A stretch of 64,000 nucleotides of DNA from Acidobacteriota bacterium (GTDB lineage Bacteria > Acidobacteriota > UBA6911 > RPQK01 > JADFOI01), in NCBI GenBank assembly GCA_963663035.1, contig OY760074.1:2208001-2272000 (forward strand). The letters are read 5' to 3'. Below, in pieces: positions 21,351-31,640 of this stretch. How positions within the stretch are numbered: position 1 is the first letter of the stretch; each line of letters begins with the position of its first letter. The position numbers were made by a program, and so were the translations under genes. The notes beneath the pieces were generated by a model. The model was not told the DNA's origin and made no database searches. It worked only from the letters and a program-made list of their open reading frames with translations.

Positions 21351-22810
21351 TGGAGCTCCTTGATCACTTCTCGATCATCAAAACGGATCTCTTCACCTTG
21401 AATTTTCTGATAGGCCTCATGCCCCCTTCCAGCTATCAAAACGAGGTCCCCTTTTCGGGCCAGTTTGAGAGCCCTGGTGATCGCTTCACGACGATCCACG
21501 ATCATTTCATAATGGCTTGCTTCAGCCGGTATTCCGGCTCGAATTTCCAGCACAATCTGCTCGGGATCTTCATATCTCGGATTGTCCGAAGTGATAAGAG
21601 CCAGATCGGAGTGGCGGACTGCGATAGCCCCCATCAGGGCACGCTTGGTTCGATCCCGATCTCCACCACAGCCGAAAACACACAGAATGCGTCCTTTGCT
21701 GACCTGGCGGCACAGCGTCAAGACGTTTTCCAGGGCATGGGGAGTGTGTGCATAGTCCACAATGACCGTGAAAGGCCGCCCAATTTCAACCTTTTCGAAA
21801 CGCCCAGGCACCCGTTCCAGTCGTGCCACACCTTCGCAAATTTGCTCGTCAGCCACTCCTAAGAGACTGGCAGCCGTGGCCGCCGACATGATGTTGTACA
21901 GATTGTGTTCTCCTGCCAGCGGGCTGGTCAGGGAGAGTCGCCGATTGAAGAACTGGAGATCGACTTCAGTTCCCTCAAGGGAAATCTTGTGGTCCACCGG
22001 ATAGACATTGCTGTTTTCAGAAAATCCGAAGGTCACTGACTGGGTACCCGCCAAGAGCTGGATGCGGGCCGTGAAAGGATCATCGGCGTTCAGCACGGCA
22101 TACTTGATGCCAGGGTTATAGTCAGCTTGAAAGAGCAGGCACTTGGCCTGAAAGTACTGCTCCAGGCTGCCATGAAAGTCCAGGTGGTCCTGGCTCAGGT
22201 TGGTGAAGAGCGCTACCGGGAAAGAGCACTGGTAGACGCGGTGAAAAAAGAGGGCGTGAGAGGAAACTTCTAGGGCGCCCCCACTACACCCGGATTGCAC
22301 AGCCTGGGCCAGGATCTCTTGGATATCGACGGCTTCGGGAGTGGTCCGCTTCGATTCCAGCTGCCGCTTCCCTACTTTGGTTTTCACGGTTCCCATTAAC
22401 AGCGCGGGCCCCTGTTGTTCCAAGATGGAATGAACAAGAAAGGCTGTAGTTGTTTTTCCGTTGGTTCCCGTGATGCCTACCAGTTGGAGCCGTCGCGAGG
22501 GCTGCTGATAGAATTGGTCCGCCAGCGATGCCATAAATGGCCTGACGGCCTCCACTTGAATCCAAGGAACAGTCGGCACACCAGAAGGTGGCTCACGTTG
22601 TGAGGCAACAGCAACAGCACCTCTTTGAAGGGCCTCTTCAATGTAGAGGTGACCGTCTGTCCTGGCCCCCTCAACGGCAAAGAAAAGTGAGCCCTCTTTC
22701 ACCCGGCGTGAATCGTAATCGAGCGACCGGATCTCGGGATTCATTTCTTTAACGGGCTCTCGGAGCGACTGGACGGTCACCTTGGAGAGCAACTCTTGAA
22801 GACGCATCAT
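21347..22810 (-). CDS. murE: MurE ligase (meso-DAP type)
   Basis: GTNGKTTT, EVSSH, VDYAHTP, DNPR specificity motif. Confidence 0.96.
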   Translation of the reverse strand: MMRLQELLSKVTVQSLREPVKEMNPEIRSLDYDSRRVKEGSLFFAVEGARTDGHLYIEEALQRGAVAVASQREPPSGVPTVPWIQVEAVRPFMASLADQFYQQPSRRLQLVGITGTNGKTTTAFLVHSILEQQGPALLMGTVKTKVGKRQLESKRTTPEAVDIQEILAQAVQSGCSGGALEVSSHALFFHRVYQCSFPVALFTNLSQDHLDFHGSLEQYFQAKCLLFQADYNPGIKYAVLNADDPFTARIQLLAGTQSVTFGFSENSNVYPVDHKISLEGTEVDLQFFNRRLSLTSPLAGEHNLYNIMSAATAASLLGVADEQICEGVARLERVPGRFEKVEIGRPFTVIVDYAHTPHALENVLTLCRQVSKGRILCVFGCGGDRDRTKRALMGAIAVRHSDLALITSDNPRYEDPEQIVLEIRAGIPAEASHYEMIVDRREAITRALKLARKGDLVLIAGRGHEAYQKIQGEEIRFDDREVIKELQ

Positions 22811-24863
22811 TTCCGTTATTGGAGAAAAAGACTTCACAAACCATTCCTTGAGAGACTTGACTTCCCGCCGGTGGGCGCTGGCCGATCGCTGTCCCGGCGC
22901 CGGAAACTTTCAGTCGCAGACCGAGACCAGAACATTGCCGGACAACTTCCCTCAAGCTCAGGCCCGAAAAGTCGGGCAGCTGAAAGGGGCTAATTTCCAC
23001 TGTGATTGTGTTGGGCAGTTTTTGATTCGAAGACTCTTCCTGAATGAGTGTTAAGACCGTCTCCTCCAGCTGCTCCAGTGGGATTTGCCCCTCTTCTACT
23101 GAGACGCCTGGTGAGGCAGCAAGTTCCATCGGTACCGTCTCTGGAGGTACTGTGTCGATTCGAGAAGGCTGATCTCGGGGGATTCGAAGGTGAATAAGAG
23201 ACCGTTCCGCGATTTGCTTGAAGGCAGGTGCGGCCAGCTGCCCCCCATGGTATTGTCCCTGGGGCTCGTTGATGACGACGATGGCCGCAAGCACCGGATC
23301 CTCCAGAGGCGCAAATCCCACATAGGAAGCAACGTAGCGCGTGTCGGAATACTTTCCATCCACGAATTTCTGAGCGGTTCCAGTCTTCCCTCCTGAAGAG
23401 TATCCGTCCAGTTGAGCGTTCTTGCCTGTCCCATCCGTAACCGCCAGGGAAAGAGCTTCTTTCATCTGAAGAGTGGTTTTAAGCCTGAGGATCTGCTCTC
23501 TAGAGGTCTGGGACTCGTAGAAGACGTCTCCTTCGGGTGTCAGAATGCGCCGGACCACTCTAGGAGTGACCAGGTATCCTCCATTTGCGATAGCAGAGGT
23601 TGCTGTCAACATTTGGAGGGGCGTCACACCCACCTCCTGCCCTAAAGAGAGAGCGCCGATGGAAATCTTGGACCACTGAGAGGTAGGCCGCAGCAATCCG
23701 ACCTGCTCTCCCGGGAGGTCGATCCCGGTCTTCTGACCGAAACCAAAATTCCTGATGTACTGGTAAAGCTTCTCCTCCCCCAAGCGCAGGCCCAGCTTGA
23801 TTGTTCCGATGTTACTCGAATTAGCCAGTACTTCATTCAAGGAAAGCAGTCCGAAACCCAGATTCGCCTCACGGTAAGTCCTTCCGGCAAGGCTGAGCGT
23901 TTCGACATTGCAGTCGATTAACTCAGATGGCTGGCCCAAATCCTCATTAAGAATGGCGGCAAAGGTCACCAATTTGAAAGTGGAGCCAGGTTCATAGAGA
24001 TCCAAAATGGCACGGTTTCGACGGTCCTCCGCCTCAGAATCGGCGTAACGATTCGGGTCAAAGGAAGGATAGGAGGCCATGGCCAAGATCTCGCCCGTAT
24101 TCGGGTCCATGACAATTGCAGTTCCGCTCACTGCTTGGCTGGAAAGAAAGGTATCCTCCAAGACTTGTTGAGCGATGTACTGAATGGGCCTGTCAATACT
24201 CAAAACAATGGTGTTTCCGTCAGACTTCTCCGGTAGGGCATCGCTGGCATAGCTGTTCCGTCTGGCGTCGAAGTGTAGATCAACTCTGGTGTTCTTTCCC
24301 TTTATGGAATCGTTGTAAAGATACTCGAGACCGGCCAGACCTTCGCTATCCAGACCGGCGAAGCCGAGCACATGGGCAGCCAACTCGCGGCCAGGGTAAA
24401 TCCGCTTGGTTTCCTCTTGAAAGTATACGCCCGGCAGATTCAGTTCTCGGATCTGATCGGCCTGCCGCGGTGGGATTTTTCGGGCTAGATAGACAAAAGG
24501 GCGATCATCGATCAGCAGTTCAAAAAGTTCTCGTTCGTGTTTCTCGAGAACTGAAGCAAGAGCTCTGGCAGTACGGAGGGGTTCGTGTACTTCCTTGGGG
24601 TGTGCAAAGACTGACTCAATCTGAACACTGATGGCCAGTTCGTCGAGATGGCGATCCAGGATATCGCCCCTCTTGGGACTGAGCTCGATGTACCCCATCT
24701 GCTGCTGTTCGGCCTTTAAGCGATATTCCTCACTCTTGAAGATCTGAAGATCAATAAGACGACCGACAAGAGTGAGACTCCACGCCCCCAGGAGCAGGTA
24801 GAGGCCGAGCACACGATACAGTAGGGCAATTCGGGGTTTCTTCCATTTATCCAAAGGCTTCAT
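22749..24863 (-). CDS. ftsI: Class B PBP FtsI with C-terminal PASTA-like domain
   Basis: PGSTFK, SSN, KTGTAQ motifs; LPDFSGLSLRE PASTA-like tail. Confidence 0.93.
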   Translation of the reverse strand: MKPLDKWKKPRIALLYRVLGLYLLLGAWSLTLVGRLIDLQIFKSEEYRLKAEQQQMGYIELSPKRGDILDRHLDELAISVQIESVFAHPKEVHEPLRTARALASVLEKHERELFELLIDDRPFVYLARKIPPRQADQIRELNLPGVYFQEETKRIYPGRELAAHVLGFAGLDSEGLAGLEYLYNDSIKGKNTRVDLHFDARRNSYASDALPEKSDGNTIVLSIDRPIQYIAQQVLEDTFLSSQAVSGTAIVMDPNTGEILAMASYPSFDPNRYADSEAEDRRNRAILDLYEPGSTFKLVTFAAILNEDLGQPSELIDCNVETLSLAGRTYREANLGFGLLSLNEVLANSSNIGTIKLGLRLGEEKLYQYIRNFGFGQKTGIDLPGEQVGLLRPTSQWSKISIGALSLGQEVGVTPLQMLTATSAIANGGYLVTPRVVRRILTPEGDVFYESQTSREQILRLKTTLQMKEALSLAVTDGTGKNAQLDGYSSGGKTGTAQKFVDGKYSDTRYVASYVGFAPLEDPVLAAIVVINEPQGQYHGGQLAAPAFKQIAERSLIHLRIPRDQPSRIDTVPPETVPMELAASPGVSVEEGQIPLEQLEETVLTLIQEESSNQKLPNTITVEISPFQLPDFSGLSLREVVRQCSGLGLRLKVSGAGTAIGQRPPAGSQVSQGMVCEVFFSNNGNDASSRVALQGDRPVAPRAR

Positions 24864-25258
24864 TCACGCAAGACTTCTGTCTGAAGGGTCGACTGAGCCA
24901 CCACATCACTGGTGGGTTTGACAGTCGCAATATCAGAATCGAGAATTCTGACCTCAGCACGGTTCGAGGTGACCAGACCCAGTTTGCTGGCTTCCTGGTC
25001 GATGCTCTCCGGATTGATGAGAGAGGAGTGCTCAGCTCGAAGGGCGGCGTTGATCTCTCGCAATTCATTGCTTTCTTTTCTGAGGTGTTCCATCTGGTAA
25101 TGGATAGTGAGGATTTCATTGCGGGACCAGGCGTAAGCCAATACGAAACAAACAAGAAGTGCAACCACGCTGATCCATCGGGCAATCTCAGAGAAGGTGG
25201 CCCGGTCATCAGCCCCCATCAGACGATTGCTCAAATCCTGGTAATGAAAATCAAGCAT
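24860..25258 (-). CDS. ftsL: Cell division protein FtsL
   Basis: One TM plus leucine coiled coil; position between rsmH and ftsI. Confidence 0.85.
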   Translation of the reverse strand: MLDFHYQDLSNRLMGADDRATFSEIARWISVVALLVCFVLAYAWSRNEILTIHYQMEHLRKESNELREINAALRAEHSSLINPESIDQEASKLGLVTSNRAEVRILDSDIATVKPTSDVVAQSTLQTEVLRE

Positions 25259-25271
25259 CTTCGTTCTCCTG

Positions 25272-25327
25272 CTGTCTGTAGTCTCTGGTCTGTTGTCAGC
25301 TGTCAGCTGTCAGTTGTCGCTTGTCAG
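25272..25327. repeat. Heptamer tandem array (8 units, YTGTCAG-like)
   Basis: ctgtctg tagtctc tggtctg ttgtcag ctgtcag ctgtcag ttgtcgc ttgtcag; contains the rsmH stop. Confidence 0.85.
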
Positions 25328-26263
25328 TGTTCTCTCCACCGCCCGCAGCTTGGCGCTCCGTGCCCGAGGATTGCTCTCGATTTCCTGCTGGGCAGGCGTT
25401 ACAGGTTTCCTGGTTAAAATCCGAACCCTCTCAACCCTTGGACAAGCGCACAGCTCCGCCGGCTGAAAACACACACACTTGCCAGCCTCTTTGCGGAACA
25501 CAGTTTTGACGATACGATCTTCCAGGCTATGGAAGGAGATCACCACCAGCCGGCCCTCCGGGGTCAGCAGAGAGATAGCCTGTTGCAGGAATTCCTCCAG
25601 TCCGGCCAGTTCCTGATTGACCTCTATACGCAAGGCCTGAAACACCAGAGTGGCAGGGTGGAGGGAGCGTTGAGTACGCCCCTTGACCTTCTCAACTATT
25701 TGAGCCAGATCAGTGGTGGTGCGAAACGGCGATAACGTTCGATGGTCAACAATGGCCGCTGCGATCCTTCGAGCCGACTTTTCCTCCCCGTAGCGCCACA
25801 GGATCCCGGCCAGGTCTTCTTCGGGGAGCTGATTGAGCAGCTGGGCAGCAGTGGTTTCCTGTCGGGTATCCATGCGCATGTCAATGGGACCCTCCAGCCG
25901 AAAGCTGAAACCCCTTTCAGCTGAATCCAGTTGGAGCGAAGAGATCCCCTGATCCACAAGACATCCATCTACGCCTCCAATTTCCAGCCGAGAGAGGAGG
26001 TTCGGTAACTCTTTAAAGTTCTCGTGGAAAGCCTGCAGATTGTTAAACCGGGATCCCAGACGCTGGCGGGCCCTGTCCAAGGCTTCCTGGTCCCGGTCCA
26101 GGGCGATCAACTGACCCGTCCCGTCAAGCTGAAGAAGAATCTCCTCTGAGTGCCCTCCTGGTCCCAGGGTGCAATCAACGTAGATTCCCCTTTCTTTTAC
26201 CCGCAGGAAGCTCAAGACTTGACTGAGCAGGACGGGAAGATGTTCCACAGCGGTACCCATCAT
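25310..26263 (-). CDS. rsmH: 16S rRNA m4C1402 methyltransferase
   Basis: DCTLGPGGHS, FQALRIEVNQEL, SFHSLEDR, NPRARSAKLR. Confidence 0.97.
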   Translation of the reverse strand: MMGTAVEHLPVLLSQVLSFLRVKERGIYVDCTLGPGGHSEEILLQLDGTGQLIALDRDQEALDRARQRLGSRFNNLQAFHENFKELPNLLSRLEIGGVDGCLVDQGISSLQLDSAERGFSFRLEGPIDMRMDTRQETTAAQLLNQLPEEDLAGILWRYGEEKSARRIAAAIVDHRTLSPFRTTTDLAQIVEKVKGRTQRSLHPATLVFQALRIEVNQELAGLEEFLQQAISLLTPEGRLVVISFHSLEDRIVKTVFRKEAGKCVCFQPAELCACPRVERVRILTRKPVTPAQQEIESNPRARSAKLRAVERTLTSDN

Positions 26264-26265
26264 AT

Positions 26266-26709
26266 TTAAATGCCTAGTTCAGCCAAGGCACTAGCATCCT
26301 TGTCGGTATAAGGATCGGATTTGAGGAGGGTCAGAAACCGTTTCCGGTTCCACACCTGGAGATGGGTCAGATACCCCATCACAGCCACTTCACCATCAAT
26401 CTGTGCCGCCTCGCGCAGATGTGGTTGAATGAGTACTCTCCCCTGGCTGTCCATTCTGGCAATCTGTCCGTAATAGTTGGTGTGACGCAGAAATTTCACC
26501 TTCTCAGGAAGCATTTTTGGCGGTTCCAGCAATTTCGTCTCGAGTTCTTCCCACTCACTCATGGGATAGATGAGAAGGTTCTCTCCCGTAACACTGGTCA
26601 CATAGAGGTCAGGCCCATACTGTGCCACAAGAAAGTTTCGGTGGGCGACGGGAATCTTGATGCGCCCCTGAGCATCCAGTTTCGTCGGAAAATTTCCCCG
26701 TAGCATCAA
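26266..26709 (-). CDS. mraZ: Transcriptional regulator MraZ
   Basis: Two SpoVT-AbrB repeats (LDAQGRI, MDSQGRV); first gene of the dcw cluster. Confidence 0.95.
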   Translation of the reverse strand: MMLRGNFPTKLDAQGRIKIPVAHRNFLVAQYGPDLYVTSVTGENLLIYPMSEWEELETKLLEPPKMLPEKVKFLRHTNYYGQIARMDSQGRVLIQPHLREAAQIDGEVAVMGYLTHLQVWNRKRFLTLLKSDPYTDKDASALAELGI

Positions 26710-26714
26710 AAAAC

Positions 26715-26787
26715 CCCCTACCCCTCAACAAGTAAGTCCTATACACACCTACTTACTCTATTCTAGTCCAAAAAAATCCAAAGTCAA
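26715..26787 (-). promoter_or_regulatory. Sigma70-type dcw promoter with possible degenerate MraZ boxes
   Basis: Minus strand TTGACT (26787-26782) N16 TAGAAT (26765-26760); downstream GTAGG and ATAGG 10 bp apart. Confidence 0.55.
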
Positions 26788-26822
26788 CAGTAAAATGGCG
26801 AAAACAGGAGGTTTGAGCTTAG

Positions 26823-27028
26823 CCGGGATTATGCATAAATTTTCGTGACGAAGTGCCGCAGGCGCCGCGATGACAAGGCGTGCGAGGGGTACCCGCAATG
26901 GGTCGGGCCCCGCAGGCGTACTCATGCAGTACGCCGAGGAGCCCAAGGGGTACCCGCTTGCGGGTCGCACAACGCAGTCAGCGGGGATGATTGCGGCACT
27001 GCAGTAGAAAATCTATGCATTATCCCGG
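26823..27028 (+). mobile_element. MITE family 1 (IS1380-like ends), copy A
   Basis: 22-bp TIR CCGGGATTATGCATAAATTTTC / GAAAATCTATGCATTATCCCGG with nested internal stems. Confidence 0.85.
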
Positions 27029-28390
27029 CTTGGGGGAGAACAGGACCGAATCGTCGATTTCGTTTTCGGAGTGGGCAATGACAGCCGCTCCCATTGAATC
27101 GCTCCAAATATTGGTCATCGTCCTTGCCATATCCAAGATCCGGTCCACGCCCCAGATAAGCGAGGTGTACTCGATCGGCAGGTGGACAGCTTGCAGAATA
27201 ATGACCATCATCACCAGTCCCGCGTGAGGGATTCCGGCTGCCCCGATACTGACCGTCAGTGCAAGAAAGACAACGAGGATCTGGTTCCCCAGAGTCAGCT
27301 CGGGAAACTCCGGATGAGCGGCGGCATGGATCTGGGCGATGAACAGCACAGTCACGCATTCATAGAGGGCCGTTCCATCCATGTTCACCGTGGCACCCAA
27401 GGGCAGAACAAAGCTGGTGATGCGATCTGAGACCCCTGCCCCTTTGTTGGCCCGCTCCATGGTGACGGCCAGAGTGCCACTGCTGGAGGCGGTGGAGAAG
27501 CCGGTTAGCAGTGCAGGGCTCATGGCCCGCATGTAACGGTAAGGGTGGCGACGGGTAAGAAGCATGAGCAAGAGAGGAAGCGTCACCAGAAAATGGATCC
27601 CTAGAGCTGCGGCCACCGTCAGGACGTAGGGCAGGAGGCTGACAAAGATTTTCGGGCCACTGGTGGCAACCGTGCTAGCGATAAGAGCTGCCACTCCCAC
27701 GGGCGCCAGCGAGATGATGAATTGGGTCATCTTCATCATGACAGCGGCACCACCTTCAATGAAGGCCAACATCCCGGCCCGAGTCTCTTCCTCGATCAGC
27801 AACAAGAAAACCCCAAAGAGTACGGAAAAGAAAATAATGCCGAACATATCGAACGATGCCGCCGCTTCGACAACGTTGTCAGGAATCATGGACGCAATGA
27901 CATCCCAGAAGGAATCCGGCAGTTGTGCCTCTACTGGCTGGGTGGGTATCTGAATATCTGTCCCTCGCCCTGGACCGATAATATTCACCAGAGCCAAGCC
28001 GGTGATAATCGCGAGCAGACTGGTGCTGACATACCATGCGCCCGTCTTGATCCCAATCCGTCCCAGCCGTTTTCCTTCCTTCATCCCTACGATCCCCAAA
28101 ACAAGGGAGAAGAAAACAAGAGGAACAACAATCATCTTCAGGAGATTCATAAAGATAAGGGAAAGCCCTTCTAAACCCGCTCCGATGGGGGTCGCCACAA
28201 CCCTCCGTTTCAGCTCTTCATTGATACTTTGGGCCTTCTCCTGGAGCTGTTGGGGAGTTGCTTGAGAGTAGTCAGAGCCGAGTACCGTTTCTCGAGCCTC
28301 GTCAATGTATGCGTTGTTGATCAAAGTACCCGTGATCACACCAACCGCAATCCCCAACAAGATCCACCAGTGAAGCTTCATTTTTCCCAT
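27020..28390 (-). CDS. Dicarboxylate/amino acid:cation symporter (DAACS, GltP-like)
   Basis: FSTASSSGTL, PLGATVNMDGTAL, DRILDMARTMTN; start reassigned to MGKMKLH because the longer ORF start lies inside a MITE. Confidence 0.93.
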   Translation of the reverse strand: MGKMKLHWWILLGIAVGVITGTLINNAYIDEARETVLGSDYSQATPQQLQEKAQSINEELKRRVVATPIGAGLEGLSLIFMNLLKMIVVPLVFFSLVLGIVGMKEGKRLGRIGIKTGAWYVSTSLLAIITGLALVNIIGPGRGTDIQIPTQPVEAQLPDSFWDVIASMIPDNVVEAAASFDMFGIIFFSVLFGVFLLLIEEETRAGMLAFIEGGAAVMMKMTQFIISLAPVGVAALIASTVATSGPKIFVSLLPYVLTVAAALGIHFLVTLPLLLMLLTRRHPYRYMRAMSPALLTGFSTASSSGTLAVTMERANKGAGVSDRITSFVLPLGATVNMDGTALYECVTVLFIAQIHAAAHPEFPELTLGNQILVVFLALTVSIGAAGIPHAGLVMMVIILQAVHLPIEYTSLIWGVDRILDMARTMTNIWSDSMGAAVIAHSENEIDDSVLFSPKPG

Positions 28391-28404
28391 AACGTTGCCC
28401 CTAG

Positions 28405-28568
28405 CCCGCATTATGCATAGGTTTTCGTAGCGAAGTGGCGCAAGTGCCCCGCAGGCGTACTCGTGCAGTACGCCGAGGAGCGCAAGGGGTACCCGCTTTG
28501 CGGGTCGCACAACGCCGTCAGCGCGGATGATTGCAACACTGTAGCAGAAAATTTATGCATAATGCGAG
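28405..28568 (+). mobile_element. MITE family 1, copy B (internally deleted)
   Basis: CTAG|CCCGCATTATGCATAGG ... TTATGCATAATGCGAG|CTAA; shared core with copy A. Confidence 0.85.
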
Positions 28569-30272
28569 CTAAATGGGGTAGGACTCCAGTAGTCGTGCAG
28601 CCTCAGTGACAGCTGCATCGGAAGGGATTTCCTGAAGGAGTCTTTCCTTTCTGGAAAACAGCTCGACGATCCCCTGGCTGAACTTATTCCCCACGGTGAT
28701 GCGCACGGGTATCCCGATCAGCTCAGCATCTTTGAATTTGACGCCAGGGCGCTCCTTGCGATCATCGAGCAGGCAGTCGATTCCTTGCTGGGTAAGCTCT
28801 TCATAGTACCTTTCCGCCGCCTGCCGCTGCTCGGAATCGTCAGGACGCAGCAGCGTAATGACGGCTTGGAAAGGAGCAATATTTCGGGGCCATACCATAC
28901 CCGCATCATCGTGGTAGCTCTCCACAGCGGCCACCATGACTCTCTCCAGGCCAATCCCGTAACTTCCCATGATCATCGGAAGGTTCTTGCCTTCGCGGGT
29001 GAGGACGGTCGCACCCATGGATTTGCTGTATTTGTCCCCCAGTTTAAAAATGTGACCGATCTCCAGAGCCTTTGCCACCTTCAGTGGTTGTCCGCAGCTC
29101 AGGCATAGATCCCCAAGCTCAACCTGCCGGAGGTTGTGATAAGCCGGCTTAAAATCCCTGCCAGGGGTCACCTTTTTCAAGTGATAATCGTCCTTGTTGG
29201 CACCGCACACCAAGTTTCGGCGCCCTTCGAGTGCCCGGTCGGCAAGGATGGGAACTTCTGCCAGCCCCACCGGGCCAAGACTTCCCGGATCGGCTCCGAA
29301 CACCTCTCGGATCTCCTCAGCGGTAGCAGGACGAAAGAGGTCTGTACCCAGAGCAGCCGCCAGTTGACCCTCTCCGAGCTGGTGATCGCCTCTGAGCAAA
29401 ATCAGATGCGGCTTATCTCCCGCGATATAGACCAGTGACTTGATCTGGTGTGTTGTTGGAATTTCGAGAAAATCAGAGACTTCCCGAATCGTTTTCTGTC
29501 CAGGCGTATGGATCTCCTCGGGAGAGGCGTCACCTTCCTCATCACTCACCTCAGAGATCCGGGCAGCAGCTCGCCTCAGGTTGGCTGCATATCCACACTG
29601 GCAGGTCACCACGACGTCTTCACCCGCATCACTCTCTACCATGAACTCCTCTGACGCACTGCCGCCCATGGCTCCGGACTCGGCCTCAACGACAACATAC
29701 TCGAGCCCGCAGAGATCAAAGATGGCACGATAAGCCTGGCTGTGAAGGTTATAGCTGGCATCTAATCCTTCCGAGTCCAGATCGAAGCTGTACGAGTCCT
29801 TCATTGTGAACTGCCGGGTCCGCAAAAGACCGGACTTGGGTCGAGGTTCGTCTCTGAACTTGATCTGGATTTGATACCAGATCTGGGGAAGGTCCCGATA
29901 GGAACGAATCTCGTTGCGGGCAATGGCAGTGAATACTTCTTCATGGGTCATACCCAGGCACATCTCACGGTTCGTCCGGTCCTTCAGGCGAAACAGATTC
30001 TCACCCATATCTGTCCAGCGTCCCGTTTCCTTCCAAAGTTCAGCGGGATGCAGGGCGGGCAGATAGAATTCCTGTGCTCCGATGCGACCGAGCTCTTCTC
30101 GAATGATCTTCTCGATCTTCAAAAGGGTTCGCCGGGCCAGGGGCAGATAAGAGTAGATCCCTGCGCTCAATTGTCGGATATAGCCTGCTCGCAGCAACAG
30201 CTGGTGGGAAGGAGCTTCTGCCTCCGCAGGAACCTCTCTCAGCGTTGGAATGAAGAGCTTGGACCAGAGCAT
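28569..30272 (-). CDS. proS: Proline--tRNA ligase with INS editing domain
   Basis: SHQLLLRAG, FRDEPRPKSGLLR, EIGHIFKLG, MGSYGIGLER. Confidence 0.97.
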   Translation of the reverse strand: MLWSKLFIPTLREVPAEAEAPSHQLLLRAGYIRQLSAGIYSYLPLARRTLLKIEKIIREELGRIGAQEFYLPALHPAELWKETGRWTDMGENLFRLKDRTNREMCLGMTHEEVFTAIARNEIRSYRDLPQIWYQIQIKFRDEPRPKSGLLRTRQFTMKDSYSFDLDSEGLDASYNLHSQAYRAIFDLCGLEYVVVEAESGAMGGSASEEFMVESDAGEDVVVTCQCGYAANLRRAAARISEVSDEEGDASPEEIHTPGQKTIREVSDFLEIPTTHQIKSLVYIAGDKPHLILLRGDHQLGEGQLAAALGTDLFRPATAEEIREVFGADPGSLGPVGLAEVPILADRALEGRRNLVCGANKDDYHLKKVTPGRDFKPAYHNLRQVELGDLCLSCGQPLKVAKALEIGHIFKLGDKYSKSMGATVLTREGKNLPMIMGSYGIGLERVMVAAVESYHDDAGMVWPRNIAPFQAVITLLRPDDSEQRQAAERYYEELTQQGIDCLLDDRKERPGVKFKDAELIGIPVRITVGNKFSQGIVELFSRKERLLQEIPSDAAVTEAARLLESYPI

Positions 30273-30377
30273 CAGGGGCTACTCTTATCCGTTTGACCCG
30301 ATTGAGTCAAGTGGGCTACGATGCAACAGCAACGACCGAAAACAGTTTTCCTCACTCGAAGAAAGGGCTGACCAACG

Positions 30378-31640
30378 GTGAAAAAACCGCTACACCAAGT
30401 CGATCGGGAAATTGCTGACGCCATCCTCCTGGAAACCCGGCGGCAGACGGAGACACTCGAACTAATCGCCTCAGAAAACTTTGTCAGTGAAGCCGTACTG
30501 GAGGCCATGGGCTCAATCTTTACCAACAAATATGCTGAAGGCTATCCAGGCCGCCGCTACTACGGAGGCTGTCAGAACGTCGATATCGTTGAGAGTCTGG
30601 CCATTGAGCGTGCCAAGAAGCTCTTTGGTGCTGAGCACGCCAACGTCCAACCCCACTCCGGAAGTCAGGCCAATATGGCCGTCTACATGGCGGTCTTAGA
30701 GCCTGGCGATAAGATTTTGGGGATGAAGCTGTCCCATGGCGGACACCTCACCCACGGTCACCCTTTGAACTTCTCGGGGCAACTCTATGAGGTGGTGGGC
30801 TACGGTGTGGACCCAGAAAGTGAGCAAATCGACTACGACGCGCTTGAAGACATCGCCAAGCGGGAAAAACCCAAAATGATCATCTGTGGAGCCAGTGCTT
30901 ACAGCCGCCTGATCCACTTTGACCGCCTTTCTGAAATCGCCCAGAGGGTGGGCGCCTATCTGATGGCGGACATCGCTCACATAGCGGGCATGGTGGCCAC
31001 TGGTCTGCATCCCAGTCCTGTTCCCTATGCCGATTTCGTGACAACCACCACCCACAAGACCTTGAGAGGACCGCGTGGGGGCATGATTCTGTGCAAGGAA
31101 GAGCACCAGAAAGCCATCGACAAAATGGTCTTACCGGGAATTCAGGGCGGCCCACTGGTTCACATCATCGCCGCCAAAGCCGTCTGCTTGACAGAAGCGA
31201 TGTCCCAGGCTTTCAAAAGTTATCAAGAACAAATTATCAGCAATGCCCAGGCATTGGCTCAAGCGATCACAGAACAGGGGTTTCGAATTATTTCCGGGGG
31301 AACCGACAATCATCTCTTTTTGGTGGACGTCATCTCTCAGGGAATCACTGGAAAGCAAGCGGAGGAAGCTCTGGAAAAAGCGGCCATCACAGTCAACAAA
31401 AACGGCATCCCTTTTGACACCCATCCCCCTCTCGTCACCAGTGGAATCCGGGTGGGAACTCCAGCCGTGACGACACGCGAGATGAAAGAAGAAGAGATGT
31501 CGAAAATCGGAGAGTTGCTCAGCAGAGTCCTCAAGAACATCGACAGCCAGGAGGTCCAGCAAGAGGTCGAACAGGAAGTGAAGGCGCTGACCAATCATTT
31601 TCCACTCTACGCACAGCGATTAGAAGTTAGTGTCAGGTAA
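30378..31640 (+). CDS. glyA: Serine hydroxymethyltransferase
   Basis: [35 protein letters not shown]. Confidence 0.98.
   Translation: MKKPLHQVDREIADAILLETRRQTETLELIASENFVSEAVLEAMGSIFTNKYAEGYPGRRYYGGCQNVDIVESLAIERAKKLFGAEHANVQPHSGSQANMAVYMAVLEPGDKILGMKLSHGGHLTHGHPLNFSGQLYEVVGYGVDPESEQIDYDALEDIAKREKPKMIICGASAYSRLIHFDRLSEIAQRVGAYLMADIAHIAGMVATGLHPSPVPYADFVTTTTHKTLRGPRGGMILCKEEHQKAIDKMVLPGIQGGPLVHIIAAKAVCLTEAMSQAFKSYQEQIISNAQALAQAITEQGFRIISGGTDNHLFLVDVISQGITGKQAEEALEKAAITVNKNGIPFDTHPPLVTSGIRVGTPAVTTREMKEEEMSKIGELLSRVLKNIDSQEVQQEVEQEVKALTNHFPLYAQRLEVSVR

Noticed and set aside
28391-28510. N-terminal extension of the DAACS ORF
   Set aside because: Derived from MITE copy B; family-like sequence begins at 28390
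30273-30377. Riboswitch or T-box upstream of glyA or proS
   Set aside because: The gap is only about 100 bp and no conserved aptamer or T-box motif is recognisable
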